A DNA stretch of 64,000 nucleotides, taken from Anaerolineales bacterium. GTDB taxonomy: Bacteria > Chloroflexota > Anaerolineae > CG2-30-64-16. Of the stretch, positions 27,987-36,275 are shown piece by piece (the first letter of the stretch is position 1; each line of letters opens with the position of its first letter). A program made the translations under genes and the position numbers. The stretch covers positions 16,288-80,287 of the forward strand of contig JADGQF010000001.1 of the NCBI GenBank assembly GCA_017882045.1, in the 5' to 3' direction. Below the pieces are notes generated by a model, which did no database searches, was not told the origin of the DNA, and saw nothing but the letters and a program-made list of their open reading frames with translations.

Positions 27987-28751
27987 TTACAAACGATTTG
28001 CGATTTCTTCGGCAGCCGCCAGCAGTTCTGGCGCCTGATCGAAGACTGCTGCGCCGTCCTGATCGGCAGAGACGGCTGCCAGGGTAAAGGGGAGGCTACC
28101 GAGCAAAGGCAGATCGGGTCCATGTTCTCGGATGAACTCCTCATCCTGCGGACCGCGCGTCTTGTTGGCTACGAGATAGATGTTCTTGACGCCGATTTCC
28201 TGCGCTAGCCCCTGAATCTGATGGGCAGTGCCCAGGCTGCGCAGACCGGGTTCGACGACGATAACGAAGGCATCGACAGCGCCGGCAGTACCGCGCCCAA
28301 GGTGCTCGACGCCCGCTTCCATGTCGAGCAACAGCGTCTGGTTACGGTAGAGCAAGAGATGGGTGACCAGAGCTTTCAGCAGGGCATTTTCGGGGCAGAG
28401 ACAACCTGTACCCCCACCGCGCACCGTGCCCAGGCGGAGCAAACGAACCCCGTTCTGCCTGACACTGAAGGTGTCAGGAATGTCATCAACCTTGGGATTA
28501 AGCTTGAACCAACCGCCGACCGTGCCGGGTTGGGCTCCCGTGCGTTCATAGATCAGCGACTCCATCTCGGCGATCGGCTTGAGTTCAGCATCCAACTCGG
28601 CAGACAGACCGAACGCTAGGCCGAGGTTACCGGCTGGGTCAGCATCAATTGCAATCACGTCCTGGCCTCGTCCGGCATAGACGTGTGAAAGTAAAGCTGT
28701 CAGCGTCGTTTTCCCAACGCCACCCTTGCCAGTAATTGCCAGCTTCGGCAT
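27987..28751 (-). CDS. CooC/AcsF-family P-loop NTPase (Ni-enzyme maturation-type ATPase)
   Basis: ATG at 28751 has GGAGGAGGG upstream. The deviant Walker A is ITGKGGVGKTT and the CxC metal motif is GTGCLCPEN. The track ORF extension to 29183 runs over the divergent mannosidase gene. Confidence 0.78.
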   Translation of the reverse strand: MPKLAITGKGGVGKTTLTALLSHVYAGRGQDVIAIDADPAGNLGLAFGLSAELDAELKPIAEMESLIYERTGAQPGTVGGWFKLNPKVDDIPDTFSVRQNGVRLLRLGTVRGGGTGCLCPENALLKALVTHLLLYRNQTLLLDMEAGVEHLGRGTAGAVDAFVIVVEPGLRSLGTAHQIQGLAQEIGVKNIYLVANKTRGPQDEEFIREHGPDLPLLGSLPFTLAAVSADQDGAAVFDQAPELLAAAEEIANRL

Positions 28752-28841
28752 GAGTCCCTCCTCCGCATCCAGAGTTCCGCCGCTTCTCACATCTAATATA
28801 TTAGAGTAAGATAGCTGACAAAAGGTTACAAAGCCGTCCTT

Positions 28842-31800
28842 TTGCTCAGGAAATGGGAGGAAGAATTGCTTCACGAAGTTCGTCTGACAATCAAGAAGGT
28901 CCAGCGACGCCTGGAGTTGATCGAACCACTGGTCTATCGGCGTTACCAGGTGCTGCCGCCCTTCCGATGCCTGCTCCTGCCTGATGCCAGCCAGTTGGAC
29001 CCAACCAACATCGGTCCGGCAGGCGACGACAGCGCGTGGCCCATCATCCAAGCTAACACTTATTGGGGCGGATGGCTGACGGACTACGTGTTGCGTACGC
29101 AGTTTCAGGTGCCAGACGGCTGGGACCCTGACGCAGCGGTCGCGCTCTACCTGCCACTGGGAGTAGCCGGCGACTTCTCGCACCCGGAATCATTGGCCTA
29201 CATCGATGGCGAGCATTACGCCTCGTGCGATCGCCATCACCAGGAAATCAGTTTGCCGGCCGAGTGGCGTGACCGCCGCTCACACCTGCTCGCTTTGCAC
29301 GGCTGGACCGGCCGCGGCGGCGCCACCAAGGGCGAGCCGGGCACGCAGCTCTTCATGCGCACCTGCGCGCTGGTGGAGATCGACCAGGCCACGCGCGATT
29401 TTCTGGCCACCGCGCGGGTGGCCGCCGGCATCGTGCAGCAACTGGATGAGAACGAGCCCGCCCGCGCCTACCTGCTCAACGCGCTCGACGAGGCCTTCAA
29501 GCTCCTCGACACGCGTGAGCCGGTGGGCGACGGATTCTATGCCAGCGTGCCGCCGGCCCATGCCGCGCTGCGCCGAGGCATCGCTCGTGCGGGTAACCCA
29601 ATGGAAACCCAGATCGTCGCGACCGGCCACGCACACATCGACGTGGCCTGGCTGTGGACTCTCGCACAGACTCGCCGCAAGGCGGCCCGCACCTTCCACA
29701 CTGTGACACGCCTGATGGAGCAGTTCCCCGACTTTCACTTCACACAGAGCCAACCGCAGCTCTATGAGTTTATCCGCCAGGACTTCCCAGATCTGTTCGA
29801 GAAGATCGGCCAAAGGGTGGCCGAAGGGCGTTGGGAAGCGATCGGCGGCATGTGGGTCGAGGCCGACTGCAACTTGACCGGGCCGGAATCATTGGCCCGC
29901 CAGTTCCTGCTCGGGCGCAGCTTCTTTCGCGAGCATTTCGGCCCACAGGCCGAGTCGCCGGTGCTCTGGCTACCTGATGTCTTCGGCTATGCCTGGAATC
30001 TGCCTCAATTAATGAAGGAAGCCGGGCTCGACTACTTTTTCACGATCAAGATCGGTTGGAACAAGTACAACCGCCTGCCTTATGACAGCTTCTGGTGGCA
30101 GGGGCTCGACGGCACGCGCGTGCTGACCCACTTCAGCACGACGCCCGAAGGGGGCAGCATATTTTGGGGCGGGAATTCCTGGGCCAGCACCTACAATGCC
30201 GGCGCCACGCCGGGGGAAGCGATCGGCACCTGGCGCAAGTTCCAACAGAAGGAGCTGCACCAGGAGTTGCTGATGGCTTACGGTCAGGGCGACGGTGGCG
30301 GCGGCCCGACGCGCGAGATGCTCGAGAACATCCGCGAGATGGCAGCTTTCCCAGCGACCCCGCGCATGCGCCAGGGCAGCGCCGGCGACTTTTTCCGCAA
30401 GCTGGAGGCCAACGAAGGCGACAAGCTGCCGGTGTGGAACGGTGAGCTCTACCTGGAACTGCACCGCGGCACCTATACCACGCAAAGCCGCAACAAACGG
30501 GCCAACCGCAAAAGCGAATTCCTCCTGCACGATGCGGAGTTCCTGGCCGCCCAGGCTGCCTTGCTGAATCCGGGCTACCATTATCCGTTGCAGGCTCTCC
30601 AGCACGCCTGGCAACTAGTCTGCTTAAACCAGTTCCACGATATCATTCCGGGCAGCAGCATCACGCCCGTGTACACGGAATCGCTGGCCCAATATGCCGA
30701 GGTGCACGCGGCCGCGCTTTCGGTACGCGAGTCGGCCCTGGCTGCCATCGGGAGCCAGGCTGGGGGCGATTTGCTGGCTGCCAACCCGACATCGTTTGCC
30801 CGCCGGGACCTGGCTTTCTGGTCGGGTTACCTGGAAGCGGGCCAACACCTGGAACGCGCCGACGGCACCCCGGTCGCCACCCAGTCCGCGGCCGAAGGCA
30901 CCTGGCTCGCCCTGGGAGAGATCGCACCCTTCACCGTTGAAGCACTGAGGTTCGCCGGGCGCGCGGGCGCGCCCTCATCACTCCAGTCCGCCGCCCTGTT
31001 CGCGAGCGCAGAACTGCTCGAGAACGACTACCTGCGTGTCGAGCTCAACGCGGCGGGCGATATCACTCGCATCCTCGACAAGGTCAATCGGCGCGAAGTT
31101 CTGCCGGTCGGCGCGCTTGCCGGGCAGTTCCAGGCCTTCGAAGACCGACCCGTCGACTGGGACGCCTGGGACATAGACATCTTCTATGACGATAAGTTGT
31201 GGACGAGCGAGCCGGCCACTTCGATTCGGGTTGTGGAGTCCGGCCCGCTGCGTGCGACGCTGGAAGTGCGTCGCCGCATCCTGCACAGCGACTACGTGCA
31301 GCGCATCTCGCTGGCCTGCAACAGCCGGCAGCTCGATTTCGTTACCGACATCGAGTGGCGGGAGCGGCACATCCTGCTCAAGGCAGCCTTCCCGATTGAC
31401 GTTCTGTCGCCGGTCGCGACGTACGAGATCCAATGGGGCAATGTTCAGCGGCCAACTCATCGCAATACCAGTTGGGACTGGGCACGCTTTGAGAGTTGCG
31501 CGCAGAAGTGGGTCGACCTGGGCGAAGGCGGCTACGGCGCCAGCCTGCTCAACGACTGCAAGTACGGACACGATATCCGCGACAATGTCATGCGTATCAG
31601 CCTGCTGCGCAGCCCCACCGTTCCTGACCCGGAAGCCGACCAGGGCGAACATCGCTTCGCTTATAGCCTGCTCCCGCATGCGGGCAGTTGGGATGAGGCG
31701 ACCATCGCGGCCGCTTACGCCCTGAATGACCCAATTATCATCGCCGAAGGGCAGCGGGGCAGGGCAGAAAAGGCTTTAGCGCCTCTGTTGACGGTTGATC

Positions 31801-32045
31801 GGCCCAACATCGTGATCGAGACGATCAAGCAGGCCGAAGACGGCGACGGGATCATCGTGCGCCTGTACGAAAGCCAACGACAACGCGGCCCGGTCACCCT
31901 GACGACCGGCTTCCAACTGGACAGCGCCTGGCGGGCAAATCTGCTTGAGGAGAACCAGACGCCCCTCAGTGTGATGGGTCGCCAGGTGAGCCTGTTCGTC
32001 AAGCCGTACCAGATCGTGACCCTGCGCCTGGCGCCGGCCCGTTAG
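28842..32045 (+). CDS. Glycoside hydrolase family 38 alpha-mannosidase
   Basis: ATGHAHIDVAWLWTLAQTRRKAARTF is the GH38 metal-site signature, and the size (about 1060 aa) fits. The start is uncertain between TTG 28842 and TTG 28866, the latter just after GGGAGGA. Confidence 0.88.
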   Translation: MLRKWEEELLHEVRLTIKKVQRRLELIEPLVYRRYQVLPPFRCLLLPDASQLDPTNIGPAGDDSAWPIIQANTYWGGWLTDYVLRTQFQVPDGWDPDAAVALYLPLGVAGDFSHPESLAYIDGEHYASCDRHHQEISLPAEWRDRRSHLLALHGWTGRGGATKGEPGTQLFMRTCALVEIDQATRDFLATARVAAGIVQQLDENEPARAYLLNALDEAFKLLDTREPVGDGFYASVPPAHAALRRGIARAGNPMETQIVATGHAHIDVAWLWTLAQTRRKAARTFHTVTRLMEQFPDFHFTQSQPQLYEFIRQDFPDLFEKIGQRVAEGRWEAIGGMWVEADCNLTGPESLARQFLLGRSFFREHFGPQAESPVLWLPDVFGYAWNLPQLMKEAGLDYFFTIKIGWNKYNRLPYDSFWWQGLDGTRVLTHFSTTPEGGSIFWGGNSWASTYNAGATPGEAIGTWRKFQQKELHQELLMAYGQGDGGGGPTREMLENIREMAAFPATPRMRQGSAGDFFRKLEANEGDKLPVWNGELYLELHRGTYTTQSRNKRANRKSEFLLHDAEFLAAQAALLNPGYHYPLQALQHAWQLVCLNQFHDIIPGSSITPVYTESLAQYAEVHAAALSVRESALAAIGSQAGGDLLAANPTSFARRDLAFWSGYLEAGQHLERADGTPVATQSAAEGTWLALGEIAPFTVEALRFAGRAGAPSSLQSAALFASAELLENDYLRVELNAAGDITRILDKVNRREVLPVGALAGQFQAFEDRPVDWDAWDIDIFYDDKLWTSEPATSIRVVESGPLRATLEVRRRILHSDYVQRISLACNSRQLDFVTDIEWRERHILLKAAFPIDVLSPVATYEIQWGNVQRPTHRNTSWDWARFESCAQKWVDLGEGGYGASLLNDCKYGHDIRDNVMRISLLRSPTVPDPEADQGEHRFAYSLLPHAGSWDEATIAAAYALNDPIIIAEGQRGRAEKALAPLLTVDRPNIVIETIKQAEDGDGIIVRLYESQRQRGPVTLTTGFQLDSAWRANLLEENQTPLSVMGRQVSLFVKPYQIVTLRLAPAR

Positions 32046-32117
32046 GCGCCATCCGCATCACGCGCCACGCCTTGTGGGCCGCGCACGCCGAGGCGTCGGG
32101 CGGTCCGTACGGCACGC

Positions 32118-32156
32118 CACAACGAGGCAATCCTCCGGGAGGATTGCCTCGTTGTG
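32118..32156 (+). terminator. Perfect 19-bp inverted repeat downstream of the mannosidase gene
   Basis: CACAACGAGGCAATCCTCC-g-GGAGGATTGCCTCGTTGTG followed by TGCT. The stem is very stable but the U-tract is weak. Confidence 0.5.
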
Positions 32157-32183
32157 TGCTCGAGGCGTACGCGTCGGGCGCAA

Positions 32184-32213
32184 TTGACCCGATGAGTGCA
32201 AACTGAGTATAAT
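32184..32213 (+). promoter_or_regulatory. Near-consensus promoter of selD
   Basis: TTGACC (32184-32189), 18-nt spacer, TATAAT (32208-32213), lying 50 nt upstream of the selD ATG. Confidence 0.6.
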
Positions 32214-32263
32214 TCGCTCGACTGCCGAGTTAGAGAGGCAGCGAAGGTAGCTGAGGTGGCCAA

Positions 32264-33313
32264 ATGACCCGCGAAGAGATCGTCAGGCTGACAAGCCTGA
32301 GCACGTGCGCCGGCTGAGCGTCGAAGCTGCCGCCCGCGGCGCTGGCGCAGGTACTGCGCCCACTGCAAAACCTGTTCCCGGCCGGGCAGTATCCCGACCT
32401 GTTGGTAGGTCTCGGCGTGGCAGACGATGCTGCGGTGTTCCGGCTGAATGACGAACAGGCTATCATCCAAACGGCGGACTTCTTTACGCCAATCGTAGAT
32501 ACCGCCTATGAGTTCGGCGCGATCGCGGCGGCGAACGCAATGAGCGACGTCTACGCAATGGGCGGTGAGGTGCTGTTTGCCCTTAACCTGGCCGCCTTCC
32601 CGCCCGATCTGCCGGTCAGCATCCTATCGGACATCCTGCGCGGTGGGGCCGCAGTAGTCGGTTCGGTGGGCGCGCCCATCGCCGGCGGCCACACCATTCA
32701 GGACAAAGAGCCCAAGTACGGCCTGGCGGTAACGGGCATCGTCCACCCCGCGCGCGTCTTCACCAAGGGCGGCGCCCACCCCGGCGACCCCCTGGTGCTA
32801 ACCAAGCCGCTCGGCACGGGCACCATCACCACAGCGATCAAGCAGGAGAAAGTGGAGCAGGAACACCTGGATGGCGCGGTGACAAGCATGATGCGCCTTA
32901 ACCGGGTCGCGGCGCAGGCGGCACAAGCAGTCGACGTGCGCGCAGCCACTGACGTCACCGGGTTCGGGCTGCTGGGCCACGCGCTCGAAATGGCGCAGGC
33001 CGGCCAGGTGGGTCTGCGCATTCGCTTCGACGCCCTGCCCTGGCTGCCCGGCGCCTGGCAATACGGCGCGGACTGGATTTTCCCAGGCGGCGCACACAAT
33101 AATCATGATTACTACAACTCGCATGTTACTTACACCCGGCCGGTAGCGGATTGGCAGGCTATGCTGCTGCACGACCCGCAGACCTCGGGCGGCCTGCTCA
33201 TCGCGGTGCCGCGTGGCAGGCTGGAGGAGTTCCTGGCCTTCTGCACCGTGCGCGGTCAGCCGGCCTGGGTGATCGGAGAAGTCGTCGAGGGTGATCAGGT
33301 CGAGATCGTCTGA
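32264..33313 (+). CDS. selD: Selenide, water dikinase (selenophosphate synthetase) with in-frame UGA (Sec) at codon 18
   Basis: ATG at 32264 lies 4 nt after GAGGTGG. The N-terminus [31 protein letters not shown] aligns with E. coli ...LTQYSHGAGCGCKISPKVL, placing Sec at Cys17 and conserving Lys20. The same frame runs into track ORF 32402..33313 ([31 protein letters not shown]...). The only stop in between is TGA at 32315-32317. Confidence 0.9.
32315..32317 (+). other. In-frame UGA, predicted Sec codon of selD
   Basis: This is codon 18 of the extended reading frame, at the position of the catalytic Cys. Confidence 0.85.
32326..32360 (+). promoter_or_regulatory. Candidate SECIS region downstream of the selD UGA
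   Basis: There are two possible GC-rich stem-loops. One is +9..+29 (GC-GCCGC/GCGGC-GC with a CGC loop). The other is +27..+43 (GGCGCAG-GUA-CUGCGCC, 7 bp). Folded by eye only. Confidence 0.35.
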
Positions 33314-33350
33314 TCCACACCGTAGGACAGAAAGGCGCACGGGTCCGCCC

Positions 33351-34115
33351 ATGGAGCCACCTAAGAATTACTTGATCGACATGGATGGTGTCCTGATCAA
33401 TGGCCCAACCATCATCCCCGGCGCCGACCTGTTCCTGGAGCGGCTGCGCGCACGCCACGCCGAGTATTTGGTGCTGACCAATAACCCGCTTTATACCACG
33501 CGCGACCTGGCGCATCGGTTGCAGTCGATCGGGCTCGACATTCCCGCCGAGCGTATTTTCACCTCCGCAATGGCTACCGCACGTTTTCTCCAGTCGCAGC
33601 GACCCGGCGGCACGGCCTTCGTCATCGGCGAGAGCGGTCTGACCGAGGCCATCCATAGCGTGGGCTACGTACTGACCGACCGCAATCCCGACTATGTGGT
33701 GTTGGGTGAGACGTTCTCGTATAACCTGGAGCTGATCACCAAGGCCCTACGGCTGGTAGTCGGTGGGGTCCGCTTCATCGCAACCAATCCGGACCCTGTC
33801 GGCCCGGCCGAAGGGGGTCTCGTGCCGGCTTGTGGCGCGATGGCGGCTCTCATTGAACGGGCCAGCGGAGTCAGCCCCTTCTTCATCGGCAAACCTAACC
33901 CGTTGATGATGCGCAGCGCGCTGAATTACCTGGGCGTCCACTCGGAGAACACGCTGATGGTGGGCGATCGCATGGACACCGACATCATCGCCGGCGTAGA
34001 AAGCGGTATGGAAACCGCATTGGTGTTGAGCGGCGTCACGCGCCAGGCTGAGGTCAACCGTTTTCCCTACCTGCCCACTCGCATCGTGGAGTCGGTCGCC
34101 GATATTCAGCCGTAG
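33351..34115 (+). CDS. HAD-IIA family hydrolase (NagD/UmpH-like)
   Basis: Motifs are [12 protein letters not shown] and GDRMDTDI. Confidence 0.85.
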   Translation: MEPPKNYLIDMDGVLINGPTIIPGADLFLERLRARHAEYLVLTNNPLYTTRDLAHRLQSIGLDIPAERIFTSAMATARFLQSQRPGGTAFVIGESGLTEAIHSVGYVLTDRNPDYVVLGETFSYNLELITKALRLVVGGVRFIATNPDPVGPAEGGLVPACGAMAALIERASGVSPFFIGKPNPLMMRSALNYLGVHSENTLMVGDRMDTDIIAGVESGMETALVLSGVTRQAEVNRFPYLPTRIVESVADIQP

Positions 34116-34123
34116 AGCCGAAC

Positions 34124-35146
34124 ATGAAGGTCTTTGTCATTCATAATCCGGCCGCGGGCCAGCGGGACATAGTCGCCGAGATCGGCCAGATGGTCGAGTA
34201 CCTGGCCGGACACGGCTGCGCGATAGCCGGTGTGGAACAAACTCACGGCCATGGCGACGCGACCACCTATGCCCGCCGGGCGGTGGTGCTCGGCTGCGAC
34301 GCGGTCCTGGCGGCGGGCGGCGACGGCACGCTGTCGCAGGTGGTCGACGGGCTGGCCGGCAGCGAGACGGCATTGGGCGTCTTGCCGGCCGGGACCGGCA
34401 ACGTGATGGCGCGCCAGCTCGGCTTACCCGTCCCGGGAAGCCTGTGGCCGCCCTACTCCCTGGTGACCTGCGCCCAATTGCTCCTGGAAGGCAGAGTGCG
34501 CCGGGTGGATGTGGGTCGAGTGGACCTGGCCGGCGGGCGGCTGGCCCATCATTTCCTGTGCTGGGTTGGGGTGGGCTTCGACGCCCAGGTGAACGTGGCC
34601 GTGAACGAAGAACTGGAGCGCAAACACCGGCTGGGGATGTTGGCCTTCGTCGTCGCCGCCGGCCTCACCCTGCGCGATTACGCGGGCACGTCGGCCATCG
34701 TGCGCGCCGATGGGCGGCGCGTCAGCCGGCGCCTGATCATGCTCGTCGCCAACAACATCCAGTTGTACGGCGCCTTCATGAAAATGGCGCCCTACGCGAT
34801 TCTCGACGATGGCTTGCTGGACATCTACTGTTTCCGTGGACGAGGCGCCGCGCGCACCGTGTTGCACGGCCTGCGCCTGCTGCTCAACCAGCATTTGCTG
34901 GACCCCGAAGTCGACATGTATCGCGCGCGCCGCCTGGAAATCAAAACCGCCCGCCCGCTGCCGGTGCACGTCGACGGCGAGCCGATTGGCTACACGCCGG
35001 TTGTCGTCGAGGTGGAACCGCGCTCCCTGAACCTGATGGTGCCCCACGGCGCTCCGCCAACGCTCTTCAGCGACGCCGGCGAGTTGGAAGAGCCCGCTAC
35101 TCCCTGGCAGCGAATGCTGCGCCTCGCCAAGATACCCAAAGCCTGA
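34124..35146 (+). CDS. Diacylglycerol/lipid kinase family protein (YegS/DagK-like)
   Basis: Motifs are AAGGDGTLSQVV and LPAGTGNVMAR. Confidence 0.85.
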   Translation: MKVFVIHNPAAGQRDIVAEIGQMVEYLAGHGCAIAGVEQTHGHGDATTYARRAVVLGCDAVLAAGGDGTLSQVVDGLAGSETALGVLPAGTGNVMARQLGLPVPGSLWPPYSLVTCAQLLLEGRVRRVDVGRVDLAGGRLAHHFLCWVGVGFDAQVNVAVNEELERKHRLGMLAFVVAAGLTLRDYAGTSAIVRADGRRVSRRLIMLVANNIQLYGAFMKMAPYAILDDGLLDIYCFRGRGAARTVLHGLRLLLNQHLLDPEVDMYRARRLEIKTARPLPVHVDGEPIGYTPVVVEVEPRSLNLMVPHGAPPTLFSDAGELEEPATPWQRMLRLAKIPKA

Positions 35147-35178
35147 TGGCGTCTGATGGCAGATAAAGGTGGCGCTCA

Positions 35179-36234
35179 ATGAAGTATTTGAACATCCTCC
35201 TGGTGTTCGCGCTGGTCGCGATCGTCGGCAGTTTCCTGGGCTGGTCCCCGACACTTCTGTTCATTGCTTCGGCGCTCGCCGTCATTCCTGCCGCCGGTAT
35301 CCTCGGCCAGGCAACCGAGGAAATTGCGCTGCGCACTGGTCCGCGCCTGGGAGGACTGCTCAATGCCACCCTCGGCAACGCGGCGGAGTTGATGATCACG
35401 CTTTTCGCCATTCAGGCCGGCCTGCTGGACCTGGCCAAGGCGTCGATCATCGGCTCCATCCTGGGCAACGTGTTGCTGGTGCTCGGGTTCAGCACCCTGC
35501 TGGGCGGCGCAAAGAACGGGATTCAGCGGTTTGACCGCCGGCACGCCGGCCACAATGCTACTCAGTTAATGATGGCCGTCCTGGCGCTGGTGATCCCGTC
35601 GTTGTTCTTCTTTTCGAATAAGGAAGCGCAAGGGCCGGTCGAGTGGCTGAGCCTGGGAACAGCCTTCACCATGCTGCTGATTTACGTCCTCGGCCTGTTC
35701 TTTGCCCTACGCGTGCTGCAGGCAGCAGAGCCCGGCATCGAAAACGAGATCCAGGCGGAACACCGCGGCGGCTGGTCCCGGCGGCGCTCGGTGGTATTGC
35801 TGTTGCTGGCCACGGGTCTTATCGCCTGGCTCAGCGAGATCCTGGTGGGGGCAGTCGAGCATACCGTGGCCGCCCTGGGCGTGTCTGAGTTCTTTATCGG
35901 CATCATCGTCGTCCCACTGGTTGGGAACGTAGCCGAGCACACGGTGGCTGTACAGACCGCCTGGAAGAACAAGATGGAACTGAGCCTTGCCGTCTCACTC
36001 GGTTCCAGCCTGCAAATCGCGCTCTTCGTGGCGCCGCTGCTGGTCTTCATCAGCCTGGCCATGGGCCACCCGCTGACCCTGGTGTTCAATCAGTTTGAGA
36101 TTATCGCCCTTGTCGGTGCCGCGATCATCGGCAACATGGTCGCCAACGACGGCGAGTCGAATTGGATGGAAGGGGCGCAGTTGCTGACGGTCTACGCGAT
36201 CCTGGCGATGGCCTTTCTTTTCCTCGGGGCTTAG
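35179..36234 (+). CDS. Ca2+/H+ antiporter (CaCA/CAX family)
   Basis: Two alpha-repeat motifs (GNAAELMI and GNVAEH), about 11 TM segments, and AAAGGTGG upstream. Confidence 0.88.
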   Translation: MKYLNILLVFALVAIVGSFLGWSPTLLFIASALAVIPAAGILGQATEEIALRTGPRLGGLLNATLGNAAELMITLFAIQAGLLDLAKASIIGSILGNVLLVLGFSTLLGGAKNGIQRFDRRHAGHNATQLMMAVLALVIPSLFFFSNKEAQGPVEWLSLGTAFTMLLIYVLGLFFALRVLQAAEPGIENEIQAEHRGGWSRRRSVVLLLLATGLIAWLSEILVGAVEHTVAALGVSEFFIGIIVVPLVGNVAEHTVAVQTAWKNKMELSLAVSLGSSLQIALFVAPLLVFISLAMGHPLTLVFNQFEIIALVGAAIIGNMVANDGESNWMEGAQLLTVYAILAMAFLFLGA

Positions 36235-36239
36235 GTTCA

Positions 36240-36269
36240 TGACACTTAAATGCACAATGGTTGTATAAT
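36240..36269 (+). promoter_or_regulatory. Putative xseA promoter positioned for a leaderless or near-leaderless mRNA
   Basis: TGACAC (36240-36245), 18-nt spacer, TATAAT (36264-36269). The ATG is at 36276, only 6 nt after the -10, with no SD. Confidence 0.5.
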
Positions 36270-36275
36270 CACTCT

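Noticed and set aside
28752-29183. N-terminal extension of the cooC-like ORF
   Set aside because: It crosses the divergent promoter and the mannosidase 5' end. The Walker A motif sits right after ATG 28751, which has a strong SD.
32042-32470. 142-aa minus-strand ORF upstream of and over the selD 5' end
   Set aside because: It overlaps the selD promoter, SD and conserved N-terminal coding region. It has no SD or motif.
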